Source of the DNA: a virus | Lineage: Duplodnaviria > Caudoviricetes | Length of the DNA stretch: 64,000 nucleotides | Reading direction: 5' to 3' (one strand) | Virus record (IMG/VR): IMGVR_UViG_3300025936_000020 | Location: 1 to 64,000 of that record | Translations under genes and position numbers: made by a program | In this document: positions 43,546 through 52,170 of the stretch, piece by piece | Position numbering within the stretch: the first letter of the stretch is position 1 | Layout: the number at the start of each line of letters is the position of its first letter | Notes under the pieces: model-generated | The model's database searches: none | Told to the model about the DNA's origin: nothing | What the model saw: only the letters and a program-made list of their open reading frames with translations

Positions 43546-44519
43546 GCGAAGAACAACCCATCTCCCCACTGGGACCGAACAAGGCCCCGACCGTCGCCAA
43601 CTGGGTGGAGCAATACAAGGAACTGAACAAACATCGCTGGTCGTGGGGCCATCTTCAGATCGTCGATCTGGAGATGCGACGACTGGCGCTGTTCTTCGGC
43701 CCCAGGGAGTTCACGCCGCAGGTGCTCGCCGAGTTTTGGGCGGAGACCCATGCCAGGAAAGCGAAGCCGTGGACGATCCATAAGACGCTCAGGGAGGTCA
43801 GGACTTTCGTTCTGTGGCTCGACGCAATGGAGTTCGTGGATTACAAGAGATTCGCGAGCATCATCCGCGTGCCGCCCCCGCCTAAAGTAGCTGCGAAGAT
43901 CTTCACTGAGACCCAGTACGAGAGACTGAAGGCGGCGGCCAAGGGGACGTATTGGTACTACGCGGTGATCATGGCCTACAGGACCGGAGCGAGGTACTCG
44001 GACGTCGCGCTGCTGAAGTGGGAGAACGTGCATCTGGACGAATGCTACGTGCGCTATCTCCCGTTCAAAACCCGGAAGACGGGAAAGGAAGCCGTGTGCC
44101 CGTTCGATGTGGGCGGGGATCTGCACCAGGTCCTTCAGGAGATGAGCCTGTGCAAAGGCGCGAACCTGAATGGATGGGGGGCCTACGTCTGCCCGGACAT
44201 GGCCATGACCTATCCGGTCAACGGCGGAGCCTGCGGTGCCGGACCGCAGAAACGGCTTGCGTTCAAAACGCTTTGCGAGAAGAACGGATGCGCCGGCCTT
44301 TCATTCCACAAACTCAGAAACTCCTTCATGTCCCGGCTGGTCGGCAGCGGTGCGTCATATCCGCAAGCCACTCAGATCACCGGGTTGGCCACTACAGCGG
44401 TGTTCAACGCGTACGCCAAGCCGGACGTCGAAGCGCTCAGGAAGGTGGTGGAGAAGGCGGACAAAAAGGATGATCCGCCCACCGAGGGAACGATCATCAA
44501 ACTACCGGGGGCTGCATGA
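43542..44519 (+). CDS. tyrosine recombinase/integrase
   Basis: TGARYSD (R), KTRKT (K), FHKLR (HxxR), TGL, NAY (Y). Confidence 0.85.
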   Translation: MSEEQPISPLGPNKAPTVANWVEQYKELNKHRWSWGHLQIVDLEMRRLALFFGPREFTPQVLAEFWAETHARKAKPWTIHKTLREVRTFVLWLDAMEFVDYKRFASIIRVPPPPKVAAKIFTETQYERLKAAAKGTYWYYAVIMAYRTGARYSDVALLKWENVHLDECYVRYLPFKTRKTGKEAVCPFDVGGDLHQVLQEMSLCKGANLNGWGAYVCPDMAMTYPVNGGACGAGPQKRLAFKTLCEKNGCAGLSFHKLRNSFMSRLVGSGASYPQATQITGLATTAVFNAYAKPDVEALRKVVEKADKKDDPPTEGTIIKLPGAA

Positions 44520-44520
44520 C

Positions 44521-45177
44521 TCATCTCCAACGCCTAATAATCAACGGCGCGAAGAATGCAGTTTCGGTTTCCCATCCTCTTCGGATTCGAGCACGGACAC
44601 GATTATAACTAACTCCGAAATGCGAGCAGACATCCTTAAGGCAGCCGCTAACGCCGCGCACCGTAACTGTTATGATCTTGCGACCATTCCTGCGCTGCTC
44701 CGGTGTTGTCTCCCAGCGGCAATTCGCTGGCGAATATGGGCCATCGTTGTCTCGGCGATCCAGCGTGAGTCCGGCGGGTGCTTCTCCCATATCGTAAAGA
44801 AAGTTAACGAACGACGACCGCCAGCGTTCGCAGACTTGGATTCCACGACCGCCGTAATCACAGTAGCTATGGTTATTCGGGTTCTCGCACCTTTGAATCA
44901 TGTTGGCCCAGGCATGGTAGGTTTTGGTCATTCCGGTCCTGCTAGAGTGCCCGTGAGTTGTGCATCTCTGAGTTGTGACTTGAGGCAGAAGGCATCCGCA
45001 AGACCGAGTACTGCCCATTCTCAAACAGTAGTTCCGAACAATAACCTCTCTTCCGCAATCACATCGGCAAAGGCTCGCGCTTTGACATTTCCCGTTTCCG
45101 CCGCGAATAGAGGCGGCGATTGCAATCACGGTAAGTCTTCCAAACTGCGAACCGACAGGCAATCTTATGGCAGGCAT
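44521..45177 (-). CDS. HNH homing endonuclease (CDCG/SCGC type)
   Basis: FGRLTV...CRCDCG...SCGC...YGGRGIQVC...LDRRDNDGPYSPANCRW. Confidence 0.9.
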   Translation of the reverse strand: MPAIRLPVGSQFGRLTVIAIAASIRGGNGKCQSASLCRCDCGREVIVRNYCLRMGSTRSCGCLLPQVTTQRCTTHGHSSRTGMTKTYHAWANMIQRCENPNNHSYCDYGGRGIQVCERWRSSFVNFLYDMGEAPAGLTLDRRDNDGPYSPANCRWETTPEQRRNGRKIITVTVRGVSGCLKDVCSHFGVSYNRVRARIRRGWETETAFFAPLIIRRWR

Positions 45178-45262
45178 AACAGCGACCCTTTCGTTGTTGT
45201 GTTTAGTTGCGGAGGTCAGCATCAACTGGCCTCCGCAACGATCATGTGCGGTTCTTAATTCT

Positions 45263-45850
45263 ATGCAAGTCCAATTCAGAGACATACTGCAAGCCGTCTC
45301 GGGGAAGCACAAAGGAGTATTGTGCCAAGTATTATCAGTCTCCGACGACGGGGCCGATGTGTTGAGCCTGTCATTCGATGGCTCACAGTATTTAATCAAG
45401 ATCCCATCATCGGAGTTTGATTCGTGGCGGAAGACCGGAGGCCTCGCGGTGCTTGGTCCGAAACCAGATTCCATCGTGGGCACGGCAGCGCTTGGGCCTG
45501 GAACCGGGGCTTCGCCTGCTCCGGTTTTACAGCCTGCCGTGCCCCCTCCGCTTAATCCAGAGGAACTGCTTGCACCGTTGCCTCCAGAGGTAAAAGCGCA
45601 ACCGATGAATCAGCCGGCGAATGAACCTAAGAAACCGAAAGAGAAGAAGCCGAAACCCGAGCCGTTCTCCGGAGCCTTGGTGCCCTACATCTTCACGGTG
45701 ACCAATGGCGCAGGGGACACGGCCGAAGTCCCTCTAAAGGTGCGCGCGGACAAGAAGACTTCTCGGTACAAAGGAGCCGCCATCATCCAGGCGCTAAAGG
45801 TGCTCGCACCGACAAAGCCCTACAAGGTGGAGTGCAGGAGGATCGATTGA
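45263..45850 (+). CDS. Pro-rich two-domain hypothetical protein
   Basis: 195 aa from ATG 45263. Confidence 0.65.
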   Translation: MQVQFRDILQAVSGKHKGVLCQVLSVSDDGADVLSLSFDGSQYLIKIPSSEFDSWRKTGGLAVLGPKPDSIVGTAALGPGTGASPAPVLQPAVPPPLNPEELLAPLPPEVKAQPMNQPANEPKKPKEKKPKPEPFSGALVPYIFTVTNGAGDTAEVPLKVRADKKTSRYKGAAIIQALKVLAPTKPYKVECRRID

Positions 45851-46620
45851 ACTTGGGCGTTGTTGCGTACTGCCCCCCGAAGGGCGTTCTGAACAGCGAT
45901 GCCTTCTACGACAACATTACGAAAACGAAGGCGCACCATCCCCTGTTCCTGTTCAGCGACGATTCCAGGTGGAACCCGTCACAGTTAATCAAGTGGCCGG
46001 AGTTCTCAGGGAAGCGGCCGGGGTGGACGATCAATAATTTCGTGTTCTTCAAGGCGCTGGAGATCGCCAGGGCGGCAAAGCTCGATTACTACCTGTACGT
46101 CGAGTCGGACTCCAGGGTATGTGGGGACGGCTTCGACCAGTGGATCTTCGACGATTTCTTCGCTCGCTATCCGAATGGGATCTGTGCGGCCGGATCGCCC
46201 GTATGTTGGGACGTGTGCGCCGGCGGCCGCGAGTTCGCCAAGCGCGTGATCTCGGAGGCGTGGAAGTTCCAAGAGGCGACTGGTATCCCAATGTCGTTCT
46301 ACTCCGGAAAGAACCCCATGGATTGTTCCGGGTCGGCCTATTATCCCAACGGATCGTTGGCAGTGTATCAGACCGAGGCCCTGCTCAAGATTTTCGCTGG
46401 ATTCGATCTGGACATCGTGAGTTATTCGCGGCGTATCACGGCATTCGACCTTGCCCTGGGCAGGGCTCTTTGGAACTACCACGGGCCAAAAGCCGTCGAG
46501 CATGTGGGCTGGCTTTCGGCCTGCTACTCGGCCTACGGCAATTGCGTTACCACGGAGAAGGAGAGGCTTGAGTTTCTTGCTGCTGGAAAGTTCGCGGCAG
46601 TGCACCAGGTGAAAGGATAA
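45847..46620 (+). CDS. putative GT-A glycosyltransferase
   Basis: LFLFSDD and DYYLYVESDSRV (DxD-like) motifs, YPNGSLAVY, FDLALG. Confidence 0.6.
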   Translation: MNLGVVAYCPPKGVLNSDAFYDNITKTKAHHPLFLFSDDSRWNPSQLIKWPEFSGKRPGWTINNFVFFKALEIARAAKLDYYLYVESDSRVCGDGFDQWIFDDFFARYPNGICAAGSPVCWDVCAGGREFAKRVISEAWKFQEATGIPMSFYSGKNPMDCSGSAYYPNGSLAVYQTEALLKIFAGFDLDIVSYSRRITAFDLALGRALWNYHGPKAVEHVGWLSACYSAYGNCVTTEKERLEFLAAGKFAAVHQVKG

Positions 46621-46971
46621 ATGAACTTCGATTTCACTGACCCCGACAAGATCGCGATTGAATGCGGCATGTTCATTCTTGACGGGCGTCAAGTCATCCC
46701 GACGGAGAGTATATTGGAGTGGGGGAAGTGTTTCCAGGATTCCGAAAAGCGGATAGTCGCCCGCACCGAGATCGGGAATATCACAGTGTCCACTGTGTTC
46801 CTGGGTGTTGATCACGGATGGGGACCTCGCAGCGAAGGCCTGGTATTCGAGACGATGGTGTTCGGGTACGATGGCAACGAGCATATGACGACGCGCTACC
46901 GGACCTGGGAGGAAGCGGAGAACGGGCACAACAAGATAGTAGGGGAGATCGAACGAACGGAGCAGCCATGA
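46621..46971 (+). CDS. conserved phage hypothetical protein
   Basis: VSTVFLGVDH...FETMVF...RYRTWEEAENGH. Confidence 0.75.
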   Translation: MNFDFTDPDKIAIECGMFILDGRQVIPTESILEWGKCFQDSEKRIVARTEIGNITVSTVFLGVDHGWGPRSEGLVFETMVFGYDGNEHMTTRYRTWEEAENGHNKIVGEIERTEQP

Positions 46972-47699
46972 CCAACGACCTCTTCATCAAAAGCTGCGCC
47001 AAGGACGTGGAGTGGCTGAAGTACAGCCTCCGGTCCATCCAGAAATTCTGCACCGGATTCAGGGATGTTGTTCTCCTGTTCCCCGAGGAGGAGAAGGATG
47101 CGCTGGTTCCGTTGAACCTGAAGGCCGAGAAGGTCCACTTCACCCGGGAAAGCGGGGACCGCTACCTCTGGCAACAGGTGGAGAAACTGCGGGCCTACTG
47201 CTACTCAGACGCGCAATTCTTTACCTACGTGGATTCCGACGTGGTGTTCACCAGGCCGGTGCGCCCGGAGGATCTATTCTTTGAAGGGAAGCCGACCATT
47301 CTGTATACGCCCTACTCGGTGCTGGTGAAGAAGGATGGAACTCCCGATACGCCGTGGCAGCGGATTACCGAGGCCGCGCTGAAGCATCCGGTGGAGCATG
47401 AGTTCATGAGGCGCCATCCGATGACGGCCTCGCGTTGGCTGCTCCAGGAATTTAAGGTGTTCATGATGGGCGCACACGGGAAGCCCTTGGAGGATTACAT
47501 CATGGCGCAGAAGGACCGGGCATTCAGCGAATTCAATGCCCTCTTCGCATTCGATTATTACGACGCGTCGGAAGGAAGGAACAGTCACTTCGTCAACACT
47601 GAGCCTGCGCCGATCCCTGCGCCTGTGGCCCGCCAATTTTGGAGCTGGTCCGGAGTCGGAGATGACGAGCGCAGGCAGATGGAGGAGATATTGAAATGA
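46968..47699 (+). CDS. putative glycosyltransferase (DUF6492-like)
   Basis: WLKYSLRSIQKF...QQVEKL...YVDSDVVF (DxD)...FSEFNALFAF. Confidence 0.7.
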   Translation: MTNDLFIKSCAKDVEWLKYSLRSIQKFCTGFRDVVLLFPEEEKDALVPLNLKAEKVHFTRESGDRYLWQQVEKLRAYCYSDAQFFTYVDSDVVFTRPVRPEDLFFEGKPTILYTPYSVLVKKDGTPDTPWQRITEAALKHPVEHEFMRRHPMTASRWLLQEFKVFMMGAHGKPLEDYIMAQKDRAFSEFNALFAFDYYDASEGRNSHFVNTEPAPIPAPVARQFWSWSGVGDDERRQMEEILK

Positions 47700-47899
47700 C
47701 GCAGAAGCACGCCATAGTCGAAGTGTCCGGCTACGAGATCCCGCTCATCGGCATCCCGGTGGGCGAAACACTTGAGACATGCGATCTGTGCGGGGACGTG
47801 TTCTCGATTTGGCAGGTGGAACTGACTCGAAACGGCAAGCAGTTCCTGTGCAAGCGTTGTCGATCAACCGAGAAGGAGATACTCAATCGACGTGGTTAA
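47696..47899 (+). CDS. Zn-finger protein
   Basis: CDLC...CKRC. Confidence 0.7.
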   Translation: MTQKHAIVEVSGYEIPLIGIPVGETLETCDLCGDVFSIWQVELTRNGKQFLCKRCRSTEKEILNRRG

Positions 47900-48302
47900 A
47901 GACCCTGAAAAACTTCGGCGCAGAAAAGAGATGACCCGAATCAGGGTCGCTATTTGGAGATCAAAAAACCGTGACCGCGCTTTGCAGATGGCTCGCGAGT
48001 GGCGCGATCGCAACCCGGAACGTCAGCGGAAAAACCATCAGCTTTGGCTGGCTCGAAACCGAGAGCATTGGCTTCAACAGCAGCGCGAATATCGGCAGCG
48101 CAATCCGGATGCCAGGCGCGAGTACGCGCGATCATGGCGCCGCAGGTTGCCCGACAAATATCTGATCAGCCTGATTTTCCATCCGCGCCAGCGCAACTAC
48201 AAGCCGGTCCCGAGACGGCGATTCAGCTGTGCTCCGGCTCTATTGACTTTGAAGCGGGCCCAAGTTCAGCTAAAGCGGGCCATCCGAAACGCTCATGGAT
48301 AA
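47892..48302 (+). CDS. Arg-rich helical-repeat protein
   Basis: Repeated WRxxNPE / YRxxNP units. Confidence 0.65.
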   Translation: MVKDPEKLRRRKEMTRIRVAIWRSKNRDRALQMAREWRDRNPERQRKNHQLWLARNREHWLQQQREYRQRNPDARREYARSWRRRLPDKYLISLIFHPRQRNYKPVPRRRFSCAPALLTLKRAQVQLKRAIRNAHG

Positions 48303-48543
48303 AAGAATAAAAGCTATGGACGAGGTGCTGGCAATTCTCAGCGAGCATCTTGAGAAGTTGCGCCCGGTGAACAAGCCTCAATACAACGACATCTCAGCCG
48401 CTTGCACCGCCGCTAAGGTAGTGGACGCTTACCTGAACACCGTGATGACCTGCATGGAATACTACAAGATGAGCGACCAAGAATTGGACTTTGACTTCAT
48501 GCAGCTCGGTATCGAAGACAAAACCAAACCGCCTAAGAAATGA
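48295..48543 (+). CDS. hypothetical protein
   Basis: 82 aa. Confidence 0.65.
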   Translation: MDKRIKAMDEVLAILSEHLEKLRPVNKPQYNDISAACTAAKVVDAYLNTVMTCMEYYKMSDQELDFDFMQLGIEDKTKPPKK

Positions 48544-48842
48544 ACACCTCAGAAAAAACCGCAGTCACACTTATCGCATTCGGGGCAGCAATGGTGGTTG
48601 CCGGGTTCCATGACTTAATGCTTCAAAAGAAGATCGCCGTCATCGAACGACGCGTTGAAAACCTAGACATCGGCATGGCAGACCTGGCCACGCGACAGAC
48701 GATGACAGAATTGAAAGCTACCGAAGCGCTGGCGGACCTTGCAGCATTGCGCCAAGCGATTTTGGCGGCGGGTCGGAATCTGCCGCGCTGGACGACGACC
48801 AACACAATCGACACCAACCTAAACGCCCCAACCAAACCATGA
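48540..48842 (+). CDS. membrane-anchored coiled-coil protein
   Basis: N-terminal TM then heptads; tail TTTNTIDTN. Confidence 0.65.
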   Translation: MNTSEKTAVTLIAFGAAMVVAGFHDLMLQKKIAVIERRVENLDIGMADLATRQTMTELKATEALADLAALRQAILAAGRNLPRWTTTNTIDTNLNAPTKP

Positions 48843-49051
48843 ACACTTGGAAACAATACCGACGAAAAGGACTGAGCGAACTGCGACCGTACTTGCCCGG
48901 CGAGGACATGACTGGCATTAGCATCAGCGAGCCGGACAAACAAGCAGGATCTCCAAAGGAAGGCGACATGATCGCCAGAAATCCCAAGAACCATGCCGAC
49001 CAATGGCTCGTGGCCAAGAGATACTTCGAGGACAATCTGGAGGCGGTGTAG
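48839..49051 (+). CDS. conserved phage hypothetical protein
   Basis: WKQYRRKGLSELRPY...GDMIARNPKNHADQWLV. Confidence 0.75.
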   Translation: MNTWKQYRRKGLSELRPYLPGEDMTGISISEPDKQAGSPKEGDMIARNPKNHADQWLVAKRYFEDNLEAV

Positions 49052-49052
49052 T

Positions 49053-49664
49053 TCACGCCTTCTTCCGAACCACGCACAGCCCCTTCCGGAACGTGATCGT
49101 GTCGATGTCCGACCACAGATCGGACGGTTCCGGCTTTCCAATCGCCTTGGCTCCCCTCCCCTGCATCTCCGTGGCGATCCGAGTCATGGAGTCCATGATG
49201 TTCTCGGCGGCATCGCACAGTTCCGGAGCGGCGTGGCTATGCAGATCCTCGATGCAGTAGAATCCTCCGGGAACAATCCTAGGCCAGAGAGCGTTGAAGG
49301 ATTTGATCTGAGCCGAGGCGAAGTGACCCCCGTCATCGACACAGATATTGAACACGGTCAATCCAAGCAGTGTATTCAGCTTCTCCGTATCCTCCTGGCG
49401 GCAGTTCAACAGGTGGACCCTTGCGTCCTCGATCGGCTGGCAGAATTCTGGATGCGGGTCCAGCCCATAGATTCTGGCCGACGGATGGGCGAAGTATCTC
49501 GCCCAGGTGCGTATCCCAGCCCCGCCGAGCACGCCTATTTCCAAGAGCGCAACCGGATCGTACCGGATCTGATGGAACAGATCTCCGTAGGTCCGCATGT
49601 AATCATGCAGCCCGTTCGATGCCCGGTCGGTTCCCTCCTGGCAGGCGATAAAGTCCAGGGTCAT
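49053..49664 (-). CDS. sugar O-methyltransferase (MycE/OleY/ElmM-like)
   Basis: GTDR...HDYMRTY, LLEIGVLGG, YGLD, VDDGGH, PGGFYCIEDL. Confidence 0.8.
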   Translation of the reverse strand: MTLDFIACQEGTDRASNGLHDYMRTYGDLFHQIRYDPVALLEIGVLGGAGIRTWARYFAHPSARIYGLDPHPEFCQPIEDARVHLLNCRQEDTEKLNTLLGLTVFNICVDDGGHFASAQIKSFNALWPRIVPGGFYCIEDLHSHAAPELCDAAENIMDSMTRIATEMQGRGAKAIGKPEPSDLWSDIDTITFRKGLCVVRKKA

Positions 49665-50491
49665 ACCTTCAACGGCTCAATCGGATCCGACCAGCTCAAG
49701 CCGTATCCGTCAACGTCCAACTGGGTGACCGCGGTGCACGGCCTTGCGAAGATGTCGAGCGAATCAATCGACTGCCAGTAAGCGTCATCAAACGGGAGCA
49801 GCAGGTACTTCTCGTTCAGCCGGCGGAACAGGTAAAGGGTGAAGTGCCTGGACACATGGTTGCCGGTCCAGAAGAACCGCTTCTTCGTCCACCATTCCTT
49901 GAAGTGATCGGCCATCTCCGGAAAGCTGGACAGGGTGCAGATATTGTAGAACTTCTCCAGGGCAGCAAGGCCGCGGTCAACCATCTGCTTCGAAATCTCC
50001 GGCGTCATGCCCGATGCGTGGATGATGTCGCGCAGTGCCTGATCGAACTGAACCTGGTCGTTGAACAGCAGAAATCTGTCATGCCAGTTCGGAAGGCAAA
50101 CATCGATCTTCGGGTTCAGGCCGAACTGATAAATATTTTTCGCCCATTCCTTCGACGAGTTGAACATCCCGTACCAGGCGTAGTATTCGTGGACGTAAAT
50201 CTCGGCCGACTGCAACACTCCCAGGATCCTCGGGTCCTTCTCGCAGGCTTTGATCCGCGCTTCGAAATCAACCGTTTTTCCGCTCTCGTCCCAGTGCCAG
50301 TCGGTTGGATCGATCCGGTAAATGGTCAGTTGATTGCCAGACCTGAGGTTCCAGATGACCAAATAGTTCAACAACTGTAGGGTTCTGCAGCTCCCTAAAA
50401 TCAGAATCTTTTTAGGCCCTGAACCAGACCGGTAGTATCCATTCTGGAGCTGCTCCTTCTGTGTTTGGACTGTGCTGATAAATGAATTCAT
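49661..50491 (-). CDS. WcbI-like polysaccharide-modification protein
   Basis: ILILGSCR and FFWTGNHVS resemble WcbI motifs. Confidence 0.5.
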   Translation of the reverse strand: MNSFISTVQTQKEQLQNGYYRSGSGPKKILILGSCRTLQLLNYLVIWNLRSGNQLTIYRIDPTDWHWDESGKTVDFEARIKACEKDPRILGVLQSAEIYVHEYYAWYGMFNSSKEWAKNIYQFGLNPKIDVCLPNWHDRFLLFNDQVQFDQALRDIIHASGMTPEISKQMVDRGLAALEKFYNICTLSSFPEMADHFKEWWTKKRFFWTGNHVSRHFTLYLFRRLNEKYLLLPFDDAYWQSIDSLDIFARPCTAVTQLDVDGYGLSWSDPIEPLKV

Positions 50492-50964
50492 ACCGGATTC
50501 AGCCCCGCCCATTCACCGCGTCTTTCGAGAGCCGCCCTATTATAGGCGCGAGCCGCATCTTCTTCCACGGGGAATGTCCCGAGGTGTGTGCTTATGCCGT
50601 CCTGTTTGATAGCAGCCGCGTATCCCCACCGAGTTCTGTAAACCCCAAGAAACCTGGATGACGACCCTCTGGCAGAACTTTTGTTCCACTGGTTCTGCGT
50701 ATGCGTGCAGGCGACGATGTTTGCCCGCCAGTTGTGCAGGCCGTTATGATCTCGGTGGTGAACCTGTATTCGAGGGTCAGTCACGTTCAGCAAAAACCGA
50801 TGCATCCCTTGAATCTTCTGGTTGCCTTTGCCGTGACCGGTCTGCCGCGCTGCGTAAAAAGTCCACGGGTTTCTCATTGCGAACCAATTGTACTGTGCCA
50901 GCACCTCGAAGTCCTCGTCATCGACGATGGCGACTTGTCCTTGCGAAAGTTGTATTTCTCTCAT
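50488..50964 (-). CDS. HNH-AP2 homing endonuclease
   Basis: AIVDDEDF...HHRDHNGLHNWRANI...RFLGV...HLGTF..EEDAARAYN. Confidence 0.88.
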   Translation of the reverse strand: MREIQLSQGQVAIVDDEDFEVLAQYNWFAMRNPWTFYAARQTGHGKGNQKIQGMHRFLLNVTDPRIQVHHRDHNGLHNWRANIVACTHTQNQWNKSSARGSSSRFLGVYRTRWGYAAAIKQDGISTHLGTFPVEEDAARAYNRAALERRGEWAGLNPV

Positions 50965-51683
50965 GGCGGTAGGTGCTGTTTTAACAAACGCATCACCAGC
51001 GCGTCAACGCTTCTGTCCGGATCGTGTTTACACCGGAAGAAATATTGGTCGTCGGCTTTGGCGACGTCACCCCAGTCCACGAAGTCGAATCCCGGTTTTC
51101 CGCCGTAGGACAGGACGTTCCATCCGGTGTCCGTCTTGTTGATCGAACACATCTTTCCGTTGGACAGGACGTGGCCGCAGTCCTGGGCCAGCTCCGACAT
51201 CGCGACGTCCTCCATCAGGGTGTGGCGCCATTTGGCCTGCTGGCCGACGAGGTCTTCAACTACGTCGTGCGACATGATGTATTGCCCGCCGCCCCACATG
51301 AATGGGCGAAGCACCTGGCAATGGTAGGTCGGCAGGGCGACGATACCCTGCATGACACCGCGCTCTGGAAGGGACTGGCAATGATCCAGCAGGAGTCTCT
51401 TCCGGACATAGCAGCTTATGTTCGGGCGGGCCAGGTAATCGAACTGCCAGGTCTTTAACGCGTGGGCGAATGCAGCCAGGGTGATGCGCCCGACGAAGTT
51501 CAACTCGTCCGGAACCGAGAAGGAAAGGATCCGATCGGTGTCCCCGCCGGTTGGTCTGCCGGTGTAATACACGGTCCGGGTCCCTTCCAACGGTTCGGCG
51601 TCCCATGTTTCCATCGCCGTATCGATCATCTTCCGGTATGGTTCCTTCTTGGACGACAGGACGTAGATGAGGACAGTTTTCAT
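50961..51683 (-). CDS. putative glycosyltransferase
   Basis: TWDA...FDYLARPNISCYV...MWGGGQYIMS...MEDVAMS, similar to GT31/fringe-like patterns. Confidence 0.65.
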   Translation of the reverse strand: MKTVLIYVLSSKKEPYRKMIDTAMETWDAEPLEGTRTVYYTGRPTGGDTDRILSFSVPDELNFVGRITLAAFAHALKTWQFDYLARPNISCYVRKRLLLDHCQSLPERGVMQGIVALPTYHCQVLRPFMWGGGQYIMSHDVVEDLVGQQAKWRHTLMEDVAMSELAQDCGHVLSNGKMCSINKTDTGWNVLSYGGKPGFDFVDWGDVAKADDQYFFRCKHDPDRSVDALVMRLLKQHLPP

Positions 51684-51686
51684 TTT

Positions 51687-51944
51687 ATGAATCGAAAGCA
51701 AATCGCCGAGACACTCAAGAAGCACAACATCAAAGTCCTCTCAGTCGAGGAGTGCGCCAAGTGCGACTGGCATCTCTGCGTCGATCATCGGATGGCCGAG
51801 ACCGATGCGGAAGGCAAATGCTTCGTGTGCGGCAAGCCGGTCTTCTTCAAAGACAAGTTTCCCGAAGGCGGTCCTCAGCCCAAGAAGATCTGCATTCAAT
51901 GCGCTGTGGATTATTCGAGAGGCGAGAAGGCGTTCGGGGCATGA
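51687..51944 (+). CDS. Zn-finger protein (antisense island)
   Basis: CFVC...CIQC; promoter-like TTGGAC-17-GACAGT lies within the neighbouring gene. Confidence 0.7.
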   Translation: MNRKQIAETLKKHNIKVLSVEECAKCDWHLCVDHRMAETDAEGKCFVCGKPVFFKDKFPEGGPQPKKICIQCAVDYSRGEKAFGA

Positions 51945-51954
51945 TGGTCTATTT

Positions 51955-52170
51955 ATGAAAAACTACACCCTTCGAGAAACGCTTATTGTGATCTCACAGC
52001 TGATCGGATTCGTTTGGTTGCTGCACATCGACATGCGGCTGTGTTTGATCATGTATTTGATCAATCCGGAAGTAATTCTAAAGCGCCAGCCTCCGGAGCC
52101 TCCGACCCACCCGCGGCCTTGCCAGAACAGGCCTGAGCAGGTTCCTGGTTCGCCGCCCTCTGGCCAATGA
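51955..52170 (+). CDS. small membrane protein (uncertain)
   Basis: Hydrophobic segment; overlaps the end of the giant gene. Confidence 0.4.
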   Translation: MKNYTLRETLIVISQLIGFVWLLHIDMRLCLIMYLINPEVILKRQPPEPPTHPRPCQNRPEQVPGSPPSGQ

